Origin: Candidatus Omnitrophota bacterium | GTDB lineage: Bacteria; Omnitrophota; Gorgyraeia; Gorgyraeales; Gorgyraeaceae | NCBI GenBank assembly: GCA_043822665.1 | Contig: JBDRBM010000050.1 | Location: 22,038-86,037, forward strand | DNA length: 64,000 nucleotides | Reading direction: 5' to 3' | In this document: one piece after another, positions 45,156 to 56,948 of the stretch | Layout of the letters: each line of letters opens with the position of its first letter | Position numbering within the stretch: the stretch's first letter is position 1 | Notes under the pieces: model-generated | What the model was told of the DNA's origin: nothing | Seen by the model: the letters and a program-made list of their open reading frames with translations, nothing else | Databases searched by the model: none | Position numbers and translations under genes: made by a program

Positions 45156-48100
45156 TCAACATTTGGAATATCCGCAGGAACGACAGACTACGCAGCCTTC
45201 TTCGTGCCTTAACGCGGCTCCGCAATCAGGGCACACGCCTACCACATTCCCCAGCTTATCCTCTATCATTGTATGAGGAGATCTCTTTTCAGATTCCTCT
45301 TTTTTATCGTGCATCTTGCCGTTTCCAAGTCTCAGCTCAAGGACCCTTGAAATCGCATCCGCGCATGAAAAGATCCTGCCGCTCTTTTCCCATGAAGGTG
45401 ACGGACAGCGTATTCCGCGCAACTGGTCCACTATCTTCTTGTTCTCCACGCCTGAGCGTAATGCCAGCGAAACAAGCCTTCCTATCGCCTCAAGCTGACT
45501 TGCCGCGCAGCCTCCAGCTTTGCCCATCTGTATAAACACCTCGAAAGGCATACTATTATCGTCGACATTTATAGTAATATAAAGGTTGCCGCATCCTGTC
45601 ATGACCTTCGTAGTGGTGCCTGTAGTTACAACAGGCCTGGGTCTTGGCGCCACGAATTTCTTATCCCTGACCTCTAAGGGTTTTTCTGTTGTTTCTTTCT
45701 TGTTTGAACTTATATTCAACACCTGCTCCTCCCTGCTTTTATCCCTGTAGATTGTTACGCCCTTGCAGCCTAATTTATAGGCCAGCATATATACTTCCCT
45801 CACATCCTCCATAGCCGCCTCATGATGAAAATTTACTGTCTTCGAAACCGCGTTGTCAGTGTGCCTCTGAAAAGCAGCCTGCATCCTTATGTGCCACAGC
45901 GGGGCTATGTCATGTGAAGTAACAAATACCTTTTTATATTTTTCAGGCACCTCTTCTATGCCCTCTAACGAGCCTTTCTCAGCGATTTCTTCCATAAGCT
46001 TCCTTGAATAAAAACCTTCTCTTTTCGCAATTTCTTCAAACAGGGGATTTACCTCAACCAGCTTGTCATTATCCATAACATTCCTGTAGAAAGAAATGGC
46101 AAACAACGGTTCTATTCCGCTCGAAACATTCGAGATAATAGATATGGTCCCTGTTGGAGCAATGGTAGTCAATGTAGCATTCCTTCTCGGGCTTGAGTTA
46201 TCTTCCGCAAGCTTACTGTCATTATAGGAGGGGAACGCGCCTCTGGACGCCGCAAGCTCTTCGGACTTCTTCCTGGCCTCTTCGTTAATAAAACTCATCA
46301 CTCTCTCAGCCAGATCAACTGCCTGGTCGCTATTATAAGGTATCTCAAGATGTATCAATAGATCGGCCCACCCCATGATACCAAGGCCTATTTTTCTATT
46401 TGTCCTTGTCATTTTCCTTATCTCATCCAGAGGGAACTTATTCATATCTATTACGTTATCCAGAAAATGAACACCGAGATGCACAAGCCTTTTCAAATTG
46501 TCCCAGTCAATATCTTTTTTGCCATTGCCGGAGACTATCTTTGAAAGATTTATAGAGCCTAAATTACAGCTTTCAAAAGGCAAAAGAGGCTGCTCGCCGC
46601 AATCGAGTGAAACAAAACCGTTTGTAACAAAAGTGTAAGTCTTGGGTTCTGTAAGATCGTAAACGTCTTCTTTTCCTATCTTTTCTATGTTTTCTATCTT
46701 CTCTTCAAAACTGTCACTATAATATTTCTTAGCATAAAACTTGCTGACCTTTCCTTTATGCTTATCGCACAAAAAACCTATACTTGCAAAAAATTTAATA
46801 ACCGACTCTCGCGAAATCTCCAATTCATAACATATCCCATCTAATAGATATTTCTTTATCTCGCCATTTTTCGTAACATAGTCAAATCCGTATCTTTCCT
46901 TTCTGCTTCTATCGTATATTCGAGATTTAATTCCTAGATTTAAAAGCAACAATTGAACTCCTTTTAGTAATTTCAAAGATTTGGCTGTTAGTCTAACGTA
47001 AGAAGAATAATTTACTTTGAAATTAACCGTCCCATCAGCGCTAAATAACCCCTGCAGAAATCCTATCACCGCTTCTTTTGATGCCGTATAGATTGATTCA
47101 GGGACAGTCTTTTCGTCCGATCGCCCTGTCTTAACTCCTAACATTCTGAAGAATTCGACGAAATATCTGCTATGGTACGAAAGATGAGTAACGCCATTTT
47201 CTCTTTCTACTTCTTTTATGTCATATCCATACCAATTATTAAGAATGGGCTTTAGGTAATTCAATATTTCTTTATCGCTCCTGCTAAACGTTAAGCCCAG
47301 TCTGCAATTTTTATCTCCTTCTCTTAACCAGCCATCACCTACGATCCAGCCTAACACCTGTCCTAACTCCTTGCTCCACGAAGAAGGCATGTCAAACTTA
47401 TATCTCCTTCCGTTTTCTCCCATAAAATTATTTATCACGGGAAACGACAGGCTTTTATCTTCGTTGAACTTTCCCTCGCCTGATTGCATTAATATCCTAT
47501 GGTAATTTTTTTTCAGGGCCGTCAGCTTAACCCACCCTTCCTGAGTCATTATCTTGTGGTCAGCCGTCGCTTGTAATTCATAACCGGATTTAGTAACTAA
47601 CCTGAAAACGTCCTTATGCCCGGTAAAAAAAGCCTTACTTATAGAATTAAAGGTAATACCTGTTTTCGGATCTGCCTTTACCAACAAACCACCGCATTCT
47701 TTTTCAGAATATAAAATTTCCTGAACCCTGTCATCGGTACCAATACGAACCCCCCCCTGCGCAAAAGATTTGACAATATCCCTCATTCTCATAAGGCCGT
47801 GTTCGGTACAAACCAGAGTATCTCCGGTAACGCATGGATTAGTCGATTCGATATCGCCTAATTTCGGAGTAGGATTGTCCTTATTGATCCTGTCTATAAA
47901 GACAATGCCTGGTTCGCCGTTCTTCCATGCCTTTTCAACAATCAACTCGAATACATCTTTTGCCTTTAACTTCATGGTCTCCTTTTTCGTATGCGGGTCG
48001 ATCAGGGGATATTCTTTATCCTCTATGACCTTATCCATAAAATCTTCTGTAATGGCAACTGATATATTAAAATTTGTTATCTCCTTGTCGTTTTCTTTGC

Positions 48101-51100
48101 ATTGAATAAACTCGAGGATGTCAGGATGATCTACCCGTAAAATACCCATGTTGGCCCCACGACGTGTGCCCCCCTGCTTCACGGCCTGCGTGGCCGCGTT
48201 AAATACCTTCATAAAGGAAACCGGGCCGCTCGAAACTCCGCCTGTAGAACGGACAACACTGTTTTTCTGCCTCAATCTTGAAAAATTAAATCCTGTACCA
48301 CCGCCTGAATTGTGAGAAACAAAGCCGTTTGCCAGATAACAATGTTTAAACGGAATGGTTAAATCATAGGTCTCCATTATTCCGACGGGACTCACATTAG
48401 AAATCCTTGCAAAATAGCAATCTTCTTTCAAGAGAGTTTTAAAAAATTGCGGAACAACTGAATTGCTTTCGATTGTTGAAACAAGTCTTTGTCTTGTCAG
48501 TTCTCTGGGCTTAGCGATTCTGTTTATAATATCATCGAATAAGCGGCGAGCTTCATACCTCTCCGGAATGCTGTCAAGGTCGTCATACCATAACCTAATC
48601 CGGCCTTTCTGGTGCGGGATGACTTCGGCTCGCTTAAAGATTTCCGAAGAAATAATACCATCCAATCTTTCATTCTTTCTTTTAAGTAAAAATCCGACTT
48701 TTTCTCTGAAATTTAAAAATCCTTTTTTACTGCATATAGAAACTTGAAAACTATTAGTGGATCCAAAATATTTTCTACGCGTAGGTATTCCTATATAGAG
48801 CATAAGGGTTTGCAGTTCTTTGGAGAGCATCTCGGAACTTGTAGTTAAAGTTATATGGCCTGACTTACGGATACAACCATCAGTCGAAAACAAACCTCTC
48901 AGAAAAGCGCCTATAATATCTTCTGATGCTCCAAAAATAACTTCAGGAATTTTAACTTCCCGCGCCAAAGGTTTACTTATACCCAGAAATTCAAACCACT
49001 GCTTTATTATCGTGCTTAAAATCGCGACTTCATAATTTCCATTGGAAGTAAGGCTAAATGTTGCTTTTCGCTTGAATACTATTTTTGACAATCTATCGAT
49101 TATATCGACCATCTCTCTATCGTCTTTGCCAACCGAAAACCTGATACCGTCTCTGTGTTTAGAGCCGTCACCTATATAAATACCGATAAGCCCTGCCAGC
49201 TCTCTTGTCATCTTAGCGGGAAGTCTCACCTTTTGAGCCCTAAACTGACCTGAATTTAAAACGGGTCTGGGTTTGTATTTAAAAGACGGCAAGCTATTAT
49301 CTCCGCCTTCTAATTTACTATAAGGTTTCATCACCACCCAATCGCCCTTTTTAAGGCCTCCTATCTCCCGCCAAATATAATCGCCATTTTCAGCTACAAC
49401 TAAAAGCTTATGCTCAGCAGTTCCTCTGATCGTATATCCCCTGTCTGTAACGACTTCAAAAACAATCTGTTTTCCATTATTATAAACTTCCTTTGCCGGG
49501 AAATATCCTTCGTCTGTTTGTATCTGCATACCCCTTTTTATATCTTTTATTCTCTTTATGCCGCTTTTGGTTTTAACCATTGTGTCCGGAGTTAAACATT
49601 TATGTATCATAGCGGTGTTCTTTATCGCGTCAAATATAGACTCCATGGAATCATCTACAGGCAGGACAAAGCAATTATGAACACTGACCATATTTGCGCA
49701 GTATGAATGGTCTTCCTCAACCTCAAGATTATAGACTTCATCTTGATAAGGCTGTTTTATTATTTCGGTGATAGGCGTCAAAAGCGTATCTCCGCGAACT
49801 ACAGTCCGAATATAACTTTTGCCATTATGGGTGATATCGGTATCTAAAAGTTCGCTCATAAATTTGGTGCCGCTTTCTCCGCTAACTGTGCATCTGACTG
49901 GCAAAGTTCTACCAAGTTTAGGCATTGATTCAAAATTAAGTGCAGCAAAATGTCCGGCTCTCATAACCAACTGCCATGCTGCATAAACTAAATTCATATT
50001 ACACATAACAAGCCTTGTGGAGAAATTATTGCCATTTTTAAACGTACAGCTATCTCCACGAAACATTCCTGCCAGGAGACCTTTTTGTTTTTCTATAGGA
50101 AGGAACATAATCCACGAGGGTATCTTTTTTGATGCATAGCCTGTTCCAAATAAATTTTCAAAAAATCCAGCCACTATTTTTGAATGAAATCTTATCGATA
50201 ACCATCGCTGGTCAGGGGAGTTAGTTTCCTCAATACTGGAACTAAGTCTGAATTTTTCCTTCATTATCTTAAGAATATCTTCGCAATAATCTCTTTCTTT
50301 TTCAGAGAAAACAAAGCGTAAGGTAGTATTATCACTAACACATCCTTCGGATAGGTAGTATCCAAACAATCTCATTAGATCCGCATCGATCTCTATTCTG
50401 CTTCTAATAGGCGTAACCTGCTGGGAAATCTTTCCTGACCTATTCCTATTTTGAATATACACACTACCGTCTCTTCTAACTGTGCGTCTTATATCAGTAT
50501 TTTTTCCGTATAAAACACCGTTCCTACCAATAAATTTGTTATCATTAATAAAATCCAGTATTTTAATATCCCTAACGTCAACAACCTCTTTAGGAAAGCT
50601 TACTGCTATATAATCTCCCACAGACAAATCCTTTATTTGAATCCACATAGGATTATCGCTGCTTCCCTTTTTAACCGCGAGTATAGGATGTTCTCCTGTT
50701 ACCTTAAGGGTCTCGGTAGGAAGTTTATAGGCGTTAAGGATATAAATTTCATTTGATTTCCTGACAAATATTTTAGTTATCTCCCTGAACCTGTTTTTAT
50801 GGGTTAATACCAATTCTCCATTCTTTATTTCGGATATTCGCTTCGGTCCAGATTCAGTTATAACAATCTGGTCCGGCGTAAAGCAAGCTGACAACTGGCC
50901 CAGGTCCTTACCCGCGTTCATAAGAGTGGGGCTATTGGGCATGAATTCAAAATTTGACATAATACTGTAAAAATTTTCTTTTGTTATTTTGACTTCCCTG
51001 TCATTGGCTTCATAGATCCTGTCTGCCTCAGCTATGTGTAACGCGACCCTTCTGAACATTTCCTCAGGGGTCTCAATAATCTTCCCGTCTTTGTCTTTTT

Positions 51101-51179
51101 TGAGGTATCTTTTTTCAAGGACCTTAAGGCAGTTTTCGGAGATCTTCAATTTCTTTTCGTTGTTTTCTTTGACCTGCAT
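45156..51179 (-). CDS. nrdJ: Class II (B12-dependent) ribonucleotide reductase with three inteins, C-terminal TSCPD domain and Zn ribbon
   Basis: [14 protein letters not shown]|CFVL, RRGANM, TNP|[28 protein letters not shown]; start taken at MQVKE. Confidence 0.95.
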   Translation of the reverse strand: MQVKENNEKKLKISENCLKVLEKRYLKKDKDGKIIETPEEMFRRVALHIAEADRIYEANDREVKITKENFYSIMSNFEFMPNSPTLMNAGKDLGQLSACFTPDQIVITESGPKRISEIKNGELVLTHKNRFREITKIFVRKSNEIYILNAYKLPTETLKVTGEHPILAVKKGSSDNPMWIQIKDLSVGDYIAVSFPKEVVDVRDIKILDFINDNKFIGRNGVLYGKNTDIRRTVRRDGSVYIQNRNRSGKISQQVTPIRSRIEIDADLMRLFGYYLSEGCVSDNTTLRFVFSEKERDYCEDILKIMKEKFRLSSSIEETNSPDQRWLSIRFHSKIVAGFFENLFGTGYASKKIPSWIMFLPIEKQKGLLAGMFRGDSCTFKNGNNFSTRLVMCNMNLVYAAWQLVMRAGHFAALNFESMPKLGRTLPVRCTVSGESGTKFMSELLDTDITHNGKSYIRTVVRGDTLLTPITEIIKQPYQDEVYNLEVEEDHSYCANMVSVHNCFVLPVDDSMESIFDAIKNTAMIHKCLTPDTMVKTKSGIKRIKDIKRGMQIQTDEGYFPAKEVYNNGKQIVFEVVTDRGYTIRGTAEHKLLVVAENGDYIWREIGGLKKGDWVVMKPYSKLEGGDNSLPSFKYKPRPVLNSGQFRAQKVRLPAKMTRELAGLIGIYIGDGSKHRDGIRFSVGKDDREMVDIIDRLSKIVFKRKATFSLTSNGNYEVAILSTIIKQWFEFLGISKPLAREVKIPEVIFGASEDIIGAFLRGLFSTDGCIRKSGHITLTTSSEMLSKELQTLMLYIGIPTRRKYFGSTNSFQVSICSKKGFLNFREKVGFLLKRKNERLDGIISSEIFKRAEVIPHQKGRIRLWYDDLDSIPERYEARRLFDDIINRIAKPRELTRQRLVSTIESNSVVPQFFKTLLKEDCYFARISNVSPVGIMETYDLTIPFKHCYLANGFVSHNSGGGTGFNFSRLRQKNSVVRSTGGVSSGPVSFMKVFNAATQAVKQGGTRRGANMGILRVDHPDILEFIQCKENDKEITNFNISVAITEDFMDKVIEDKEYPLIDPHTKKETMKLKAKDVFELIVEKAWKNGEPGIVFIDRINKDNPTPKLGDIESTNPCVTGDTLVCTEHGLMRMRDIVKSFAQGGVRIGTDDRVQEILYSEKECGGLLVKADPKTGITFNSISKAFFTGHKDVFRLVTKSGYELQATADHKIMTQEGWVKLTALKKNYHRILMQSGEGKFNEDKSLSFPVINNFMGENGRRYKFDMPSSWSKELGQVLGWIVGDGWLREGDKNCRLGLTFSRSDKEILNYLKPILNNWYGYDIKEVERENGVTHLSYHSRYFVEFFRMLGVKTGRSDEKTVPESIYTASKEAVIGFLQGLFSADGTVNFKVNYSSYVRLTAKSLKLLKGVQLLLLNLGIKSRIYDRSRKERYGFDYVTKNGEIKKYLLDGICYELEISRESVIKFFASIGFLCDKHKGKVSKFYAKKYYSDSFEEKIENIEKIGKEDVYDLTEPKTYTFVTNGFVSLDCGEQPLLPFESCNLGSINLSKIVSGNGKKDIDWDNLKRLVHLGVHFLDNVIDMNKFPLDEIRKMTRTNRKIGLGIMGWADLLIHLEIPYNSDQAVDLAERVMSFINEEARKKSEELAASRGAFPSYNDSKLAEDNSSPRRNATLTTIAPTGTISIISNVSSGIEPLFAISFYRNVMDNDKLVEVNPLFEEIAKREGFYSRKLMEEIAEKGSLEGIEEVPEKYKKVFVTSHDIAPLWHIRMQAAFQRHTDNAVSKTVNFHHEAAMEDVREVYMLAYKLGCKGVTIYRDKSREEQVLNISSNKKETTEKPLEVRDKKFVAPRPRPVVTTGTTTKVMTGCGNLYITINVDDNSMPFEVFIQMGKAGGCAASQLEAIGRLVSLALRSGVENKKIVDQLRGIRCPSPSWEKSGRIFSCADAISRVLELRLGNGKMHDKKEESEKRSPHTMIEDKLGNVVGVCPDCGAALRHEEGCVVCRSCGYSKC
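46602..47834 (-). mobile_element. Intein 3 (411 aa), C-terminal Asp, with LAGLIDADG endonuclease
   Basis: TNP|CVTGD...VSLD|CGEQ; TADH; LGWIVGDG and [10 protein letters not shown]. Confidence 0.92.
48309..49598 (-). mobile_element. Intein 2 (430 aa) with LAGLIDADG endonuclease
   Basis: MIHK|CLTPD...SHN|SGGG; T.EH block B; LIGIYIGDG and [10 protein letters not shown]. Confidence 0.93.
49674..50885 (-). mobile_element. Intein 1 (404 aa) with LAGLIDADG endonuclease
   Basis: QLSA|CFTPD...VHN|CFVL; LFGYYLSEG and LAGMFRGD blocks. Confidence 0.93.
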
Positions 51180-51227
51180 CAAAATCCCCTTTCTGGTTGG
51201 TAGGAAATCCATTTAAGAATAAAAATA

Positions 51228-51310
51228 AGTATATCACTTAAATTTTTCATGTCAAGCCAAAAAATACTATATATTGGTATTTTTTTTCGGTTTATAGCTA
51301 TATGTTGTGG
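51228..51310 (-). promoter_or_regulatory. nrdJ promoter with two NrdR boxes
   Basis: TTGACA-16 bp-TATACT; ATACTATATATTGGTA (51264-51279) and TAGCTATATGTTGTGG (51295-51310), 31 bp apart. Confidence 0.8.
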
Positions 51311-51332
51311 TTCTACTAACTTGCGCCTGCAA

Positions 51333-52088
51333 CTAGATTATCTCGACGGTGTCACTGGGAAGCCATCCCCTGAGGTCTTTTGAAAGGTCTATTTCATACC
51401 ACCCCTGGCCCTCTTTTACCACCCTGATTTCCGCGCCTTCATGCAATGTAAACTGCAGAAGATAATCCTCTTTTGGTCCGCTGCGCACATCTATCTTCTC
51501 AGATGTGACAACAGCGTATCTTGTATAATTTTCAGTGTGAATCTTTAACACCAGGAAAATCAAAAAAGTAATCAACGCCGCGGCGGATGCCCCAGCAGCA
51601 TAAAACAATACCCTTCTCTTTGTAATAAAAAATATAGAAAATATTAAAAAAGCTATAATACTAAGATAGACTGAAGAAACAATGACCGTCAGCTGGTTTA
51701 TATTCATCCTGTCATAAGGCAGTAGAATTACTTTTATAAGAAATCCTTTTTCAGGTTGTTCTATCTTATCAACTGCTGAGGCGCGGGCTAGTTTTAAATT
51801 ATGTTGTATGTCCCTGCCACCCGGATCCAATCTCAACGCCCTTTTGTAATTCACTATGGCCTTCCCTGTCTTTTTTATCTTAAAATAAGAATTACCGAGA
51901 TTATAGTATACCTCAGGGCTAACCCTGTCCATTTTCAAAAGCATTTCGTAAAGCGATATAGCGTTTTTGTAATCTTCATTTTCATAATTTAGGCCCGCCT
52001 TCCTGTATAGCTCTTCGGCGGACTGGGCAAAAAGCGGTACAGTTGACGCGAAAAAAGTAAAAATAAAGAATATTAATATCTTTTTCAT
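51333..52088 (-). CDS. batE: BatE-like TPR + SH3 protein
   Basis: YYNLGNSY TPR, two TM helices, VRSGP...LHEG...GWL SH3b. Confidence 0.82.
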   Translation of the reverse strand: MKKILIFFIFTFFASTVPLFAQSAEELYRKAGLNYENEDYKNAISLYEMLLKMDRVSPEVYYNLGNSYFKIKKTGKAIVNYKRALRLDPGGRDIQHNLKLARASAVDKIEQPEKGFLIKVILLPYDRMNINQLTVIVSSVYLSIIAFLIFSIFFITKRRVLFYAAGASAAALITFLIFLVLKIHTENYTRYAVVTSEKIDVRSGPKEDYLLQFTLHEGAEIRVVKEGQGWYEIDLSKDLRGWLPSDTVEII

Positions 52089-53959
52089 GCCCGTTTCTCC
52101 AGCTCTGTAATTATCTCAGACGCCCCTTGAAGAGACCTCTGCATATCTTCCCTGTTAAATTTACCGGACGCGAACCTCGCCATGTCACAGACATCAAAAA
52201 GGCCGCTAAGTTTTTTTATATTCTCTCCGGAATAACCCTTTTCCGCCAGGCGTTGTTCAAGAATATCCTTTGTGATCGAGGGATGAGGTATATTCAATTT
52301 GTCAGCTACATATTCTATAACTGCCCTGTATATCTCGGCATAAAACGCATTGACGTCATTTTTCAGCATAATATTTTTTGCCGCCTTAAGCCTTTTCCCT
52401 GCTGTGCCTTTTGCGCGGCGTGAACGCGCATAACCCACATCTGTCCTCAATCGTTCTTTGTGAATCTCATATATATAAAAGAATACCAATAGCAATAGCG
52501 GGAAAACATTAAATCCTATAAATATTCTATTCTTATAAAGAAATGAATTTTTCGGACCAAAATGAGGCATGGAAGTCTTTATATACGCAATGTCTTTTTT
52601 AAGCAGCTTGACCTCTTCTTTTGTCAAACCTGGAAATAAAACAATGCTTTCAGGCGCGGGTTGTTCTTTTGATTTTGTCGAGGTTATGCTTATAGGCCCG
52701 GCCTTTTTCTCGACGTACCTTTTATCTACAGGGTCAAAATAGGAATATCTTATCGGACCTATGATAAAGGTACCTGGTTTCTTTGGTATGACAACCTTTT
52801 CAAAGATCTTATCCCCCTCTACGACATAATCTATCTTTGAGATATTCTCAGAGCTTCCTGAATCATATAACTTCATATCGTCTATCTCCGGCAATTGAGG
52901 GGATGATATGGTCTTTATGTTACCCCTGCCGTTTATCTTTATCTTAAGAGTTACCGGCTGATTTTCCTCCACGCTATTTTTATCCACATCTGCCATGATA
53001 TCATAACCACCGACATCGCCCTTGAAATCCTGCGGCTTACCCTGTTCCGGCAGGGGAAGGATCTCTAATTTTATAGGCTCTGTCGTAAGTATAATGGGTT
53101 TCCCCGCGCGAAACATGCTGAAGGGGTCCCTATCAAAGATGTCAAACGGGCTCCTTGAGAACATCTTTTGCAGGTCTTCAATGCTTGCCTCAAGCCTGGC
53201 AGGGCCTATAGTAAACTCTCCCGGGCCTGTTGCGAAAAGAGCTGTTTTAATCTCTGTCACAAGGTATCTTGTCCCGTTTATCTCCTTATAATATTTCTTC
53301 TGCGGAGGCATGTCTTCTAACCAGAAGCCAGTGGTTGAAGGCGGGTTGTATATGGGATTCTGGAATAGATCTACTGACTGGTAAAATGCGAATGTAAGGG
53401 TAATCTGTTCGTTTACATATGCCCTGAGCTTATCTACATAGGCCTCTATAAACAATTCTTTGCCGGTCTGTTGGTCGTGCTCCTGGCCTTGTCCGTAACC
53501 TCCCTGCGGCCGTGGAGGCTGTGGATAATTGTATGATGGGGTTTGCGCTGAATTACTTGTCCCTCTCGGAGTGACTTTTATGCTTATAGGCCCGGCAGAA
53601 TATGTCTGGCCTTTGTAATCAATAGTAAAAGGCCCTAATGTATAACCTCCTGTATCATTAGGCACAAGTATATAATTAAACGCGACTGAACTTGTGACCT
53701 GGCCGTTTATAATAGAGATATTCTGCGATCTGCCTGAAGAATAGGCGATAAATCCATTCATGACCGGAATCTTAGGCTGTGGGATGTTCGAGATATTACC
53801 GTTTACTGTTATGGTAAGCGTGAGTTGTTCGTCAAGCGCAATCTCCTGCCTATCCACATCAGCAGAAATAGATATATCATCCGCGTAAGAATACGCGGCA
53901 ATAGACAAAAACAATAGAAACGCTATAAAAAGATTAACTTTTAACTTTAAACTTTTCAC
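52085..53959 (-). CDS. batD: BatD-family protein
   Basis: Signal peptide, repeated Ig-like BatD domains, C-terminal TM; operon context. Confidence 0.85.
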   Translation of the reverse strand: MKSLKLKVNLFIAFLLFLSIAAYSYADDISISADVDRQEIALDEQLTLTITVNGNISNIPQPKIPVMNGFIAYSSGRSQNISIINGQVTSSVAFNYILVPNDTGGYTLGPFTIDYKGQTYSAGPISIKVTPRGTSNSAQTPSYNYPQPPRPQGGYGQGQEHDQQTGKELFIEAYVDKLRAYVNEQITLTFAFYQSVDLFQNPIYNPPSTTGFWLEDMPPQKKYYKEINGTRYLVTEIKTALFATGPGEFTIGPARLEASIEDLQKMFSRSPFDIFDRDPFSMFRAGKPIILTTEPIKLEILPLPEQGKPQDFKGDVGGYDIMADVDKNSVEENQPVTLKIKINGRGNIKTISSPQLPEIDDMKLYDSGSSENISKIDYVVEGDKIFEKVVIPKKPGTFIIGPIRYSYFDPVDKRYVEKKAGPISITSTKSKEQPAPESIVLFPGLTKEEVKLLKKDIAYIKTSMPHFGPKNSFLYKNRIFIGFNVFPLLLLVFFYIYEIHKERLRTDVGYARSRRAKGTAGKRLKAAKNIMLKNDVNAFYAEIYRAVIEYVADKLNIPHPSITKDILEQRLAEKGYSGENIKKLSGLFDVCDMARFASGKFNREDMQRSLQGASEIITELEKRA

Positions 53960-54065
53960 TTTAAACTACCACCCCTTACGCTCGTGACAGGTAAGATGCT
54001 GCGACTACATTTTAGGCTGTAGCTGCAGCGCCTTGCGCTGCTTCTAAAAAGGCAATCCCTATACT
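53935..54065. repeat. Heptamer array (TAACTTT) + family A REPIN + C motif
   Basis: Heptamers 53935-53967 overlap the batD start; REPIN 53992-54043; AAAAAGGCAATCCCTATACT. Confidence 0.75.
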
Positions 54066-54087
54066 CTAAATTTAACTTTTAACCAAA

Positions 54088-54888
54088 TCACCAATCCTTC
54101 TCCACTCTGTACCTGCCTTCGGCTGGTTGATTCCTTAATTCTTTTTGCAGGTCCTTTTCGTCGTCCTTCAGGGCATCAAGAAGCCTGACAGCATCTTCCT
54201 TTGACATCTCGCCGTCTTTCGATTCCTGTTGTCTTTGTTCCTCTTCCTTGACAGGCTTTTTCTCTTTTTGCTCACCCTCTTCTGTTTTTTCTTCTTTGGC
54301 CTGCGATTCCTGCTGTTCCTTTCCCCCTTCTTCTTCCGCTCCCTGTGCCTGCTGTTGCTCTTGCGCCTGAGATCTCTCTTCTTTAGCCTCCTCTTTATCT
54401 TTCTGATTCTGCTCTTGCGGCTGGGACTGCTGAGATTCTTCCTTTTGCGGATTCTCTTTTATCTTTTTCCTTACAAATTCTATGTTATATTTTGCGTCTT
54501 CATCGTCAGGGTTTATATCCAGGGTTTTTTTATAATACTCGATTGCTTCAGGCAGTTTACCCATCCTGTAAAAAGAATTCCCTATATTATAATACGTTTT
54601 TGCGTGAATTTCAGCATCTTTTGAGCTTAAAGATTTCTCATATTCTCCAGACGCGTCTTCATATTTTTTCTGCCGATAGAGGGCGCTTCCTATATTATAA
54701 TGCAGCTCTTCTTTATCAGGAGAATCTATCTGCGCGTCGCGCCATTTTAAAAGCGCCTCATCTATCCTGCCCTCTTTATACAGTTTTACACCTTCTTTAT
54801 TTTTCTTTGCAAGAGGGCCCTGCCATATCCACCCGACGCTGGAAAGATAAAACAAGCCTGTTAGCGCTATTACAAAAAATCTCTTCAT
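54088..54888 (-). CDS. batC: BatC-like TPR protein with Q/E-rich linker
   Basis: YNIGSALY and YNIGNSFY TPRs, DAKYNIE, C-terminal KDW. Confidence 0.82.
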   Translation of the reverse strand: MKRFFVIALTGLFYLSSVGWIWQGPLAKKNKEGVKLYKEGRIDEALLKWRDAQIDSPDKEELHYNIGSALYRQKKYEDASGEYEKSLSSKDAEIHAKTYYNIGNSFYRMGKLPEAIEYYKKTLDINPDDEDAKYNIEFVRKKIKENPQKEESQQSQPQEQNQKDKEEAKEERSQAQEQQQAQGAEEEGGKEQQESQAKEEKTEEGEQKEKKPVKEEEQRQQESKDGEMSKEDAVRLLDALKDDEKDLQKELRNQPAEGRYRVEKDW

Positions 54889-55886
54889 CTCTTTCTTCTG
54901 TCTCCTATGGCAGACTCAACACACAACAATATCAGCGCTATTGCCAAAAAATACTGAAACCTGTCCTCATATTGCGTAAAAAGCCTGTTGGAAAGTTCTT
55001 TCTTTTGCATCTTGCTGATCTCGTCGTATATCTTATCGAGTTCAAACTCGCTCGGCGAGGCATTATAGTATTTACCCTCTGTAACAAGCGCTATTTTCTG
55101 AAGCGTGGCATCGTCAAGTTTAGACAAGACCACATTACCATCCTTATCTTTTTTGTGGCCTGTAATTCTGCCGTTCTCATCTACTACGGGTATAGGCTCC
55201 CCGCTCTTTGTGCCAATCCCTATGGTATACACAATCACGCCTTGTTTTCTTGCTTCTTGAGCAGCCTCAACAGGATTTGTCTCATGGTCCTCCCCGTCAG
55301 TCATAACGATCAGGATCTTATATTTCTTTTCCTTTTTAATAAATGACCCTGTCGCGGTCCTTATGGCATCGCCAATGGCTGTGCCGGGCTTCGGCATCAT
55401 GCCCGCCTCTACGATGCTGAGAAACATCTTTGCCGCATTGTAGTCTAATGTGAGCGGGCACTGGACAAAACTATCACCTGAAAATGTAAGCATGCCGACT
55501 CTGTCCCCTTTTAATCTATCGATAAGCGACGATATCTCAAGCTTTGCCTTTTCTAAACGATTCGGCTTTATGTCCTCGGCAAGCATGCTTGCCGAGGTAT
55601 CTATCGCTATAATCACATCCACGCCTTGACGCCTGGTCATCGCAAGCCTTGTGCCTATCTGCGGCCTTGCAAGGCTTATTACTAGAAATCCTGCGGCACT
55701 AATCAATAAAACCCTTTTCCATCTCTCCTTTACAACGCTTTTTGATAGAGAAAGTTTCTCCAGAATGCCCCTCGCCCCGAATCTGTCCATGCTTTGCCTT
55801 TTCTTTGCCGATACAAAGACAAAGAACGCTATAAGGATAGGAAGCAAAATAAGAAGATTTAAATATACGGGCGAACCCCAATGCAT
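54885..55886 (-). CDS. batB: BatB-like VWA protein
   Basis: LARPQ, DTSASM MIDAS, PLTLD, TDGEDH. Confidence 0.88.
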   Translation of the reverse strand: MHWGSPVYLNLLILLPILIAFFVFVSAKKRQSMDRFGARGILEKLSLSKSVVKERWKRVLLISAAGFLVISLARPQIGTRLAMTRRQGVDVIIAIDTSASMLAEDIKPNRLEKAKLEISSLIDRLKGDRVGMLTFSGDSFVQCPLTLDYNAAKMFLSIVEAGMMPKPGTAIGDAIRTATGSFIKKEKKYKILIVMTDGEDHETNPVEAAQEARKQGVIVYTIGIGTKSGEPIPVVDENGRITGHKKDKDGNVVLSKLDDATLQKIALVTEGKYYNASPSEFELDKIYDEISKMQKKELSNRLFTQYEDRFQYFLAIALILLCVESAIGDRRKR

Positions 55887-55913
55887 ATGGCTGTTTCCTA
55901 GTCGATTTGTTTG

Positions 55914-55938
55914 TGTAACGTGTAACGTGTAACGTGTG
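55914..55938. repeat. Heptamer array (TGTAACG)x3
   Basis: Exact tandem copies between batA and batB. Confidence 0.8.
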
Positions 55939-55950
55939 ATTTTTCAAAAA

Positions 55951-56940
55951 TCATGGTATTTTCCTAAAGACTGTATTAGCCAAGGTTGTTTCCAGAAGTA
56001 ATATTATAAGCGCGGGCAAGAGAAGGTATCCCGCGAGTTCGGTATAATTCGCGTATTCCTTTGTCTCTATTTTCGTTTTCTCGAGCTTGCCTATGGTTTC
56101 GTAAATCTCCCTGAGGCCTTTCTCATCCTTTGCCCTGAAATACATGCCGCTTGTTTCATCCGCTATCTGTTTAAGCAATACCTCGTCTATTTCTGTATTC
56201 ATTTGCACATATCTCTTGCCAAAAATAGGGTCTTCTACTGGATAAAGCGCGCCTCCTGGCCTGCCTGCTCCTATTGTATATATCTTTATACCCAGCGCTT
56301 TCGCGGCCTTTGCCGCAGTCAAAGGGTCAATCTTACCCGCGTTATTGATCCCGTCTGTAAGGAGTATTATGACCTTGCTTTTAGCAGTAGAATCCCTGAG
56401 TCTATTCACTGAATTCGCAATCGCGGTGCCTATAGCAGTGCCGTCTTCTATCATGCCTATATGGATTTTATCAAGCAGGTTCAGCAATACCCCGTAATCA
56501 AGTGTCAGAGGACATTGTGTAAAGCTAAACCTTGAAAAGACCACCAATCCTATCCTGTCATTAAGCCTGGATTTTATAAATTCCTCCATGACCTCTTTTG
56601 CGGCGCCCAGCCTATTCTGCGGTTTAAAATCCTCTGCCTTCATGCTCCCGGATGTATCAAGTGTAAGCACAATGTCTATACCTTCTGTTATAATCTCTTC
56701 CTCTTTCTGACCCGCCTGCGGCCTGGCCATGGCAAGGATAAGAATAAAAAGCACTGTCATTCTCAGGATCATCGACGCATGCCTGTATCTGGCGCGGAAC
56801 CCAGGCCTTATGCCTTTGAACACTGATATATCTGAAAATACAATGCCTGAATCCTTGGCCAGACTACGCCTGAAATAATCCCAGACAAATAACGGGATAA
56901 CACTTAATAATACTAGGAATAATGGGTTGGCAAATCGCAT
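55951..56940 (-). CDS. batA: BatA-like VWA protein
   Basis: MARPQ, DTSGSM, GTAIG, LLTDG.NN, IYTIG. Confidence 0.9.
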   Translation of the reverse strand: MRFANPLFLVLLSVIPLFVWDYFRRSLAKDSGIVFSDISVFKGIRPGFRARYRHASMILRMTVLFILILAMARPQAGQKEEEIITEGIDIVLTLDTSGSMKAEDFKPQNRLGAAKEVMEEFIKSRLNDRIGLVVFSRFSFTQCPLTLDYGVLLNLLDKIHIGMIEDGTAIGTAIANSVNRLRDSTAKSKVIILLTDGINNAGKIDPLTAAKAAKALGIKIYTIGAGRPGGALYPVEDPIFGKRYVQMNTEIDEVLLKQIADETSGMYFRAKDEKGLREIYETIGKLEKTKIETKEYANYTELAGYLLLPALIILLLETTLANTVFRKIP

Positions 56941-56948
56941 ATTATGTT

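Noticed and set aside
54229-55346. Long plus-strand ORFs (131 and 284 aa)
   Set aside because: Antisense shadows of batC/batB; the F/L-rich composition mirrors K/E/Q codons on the coding strand
55699-55947. 82-aa ORF starting MKNHTLHVTRYT
   Set aside because: The N-terminus is the translated TGTAACG array and the rest overlaps batB out of frame
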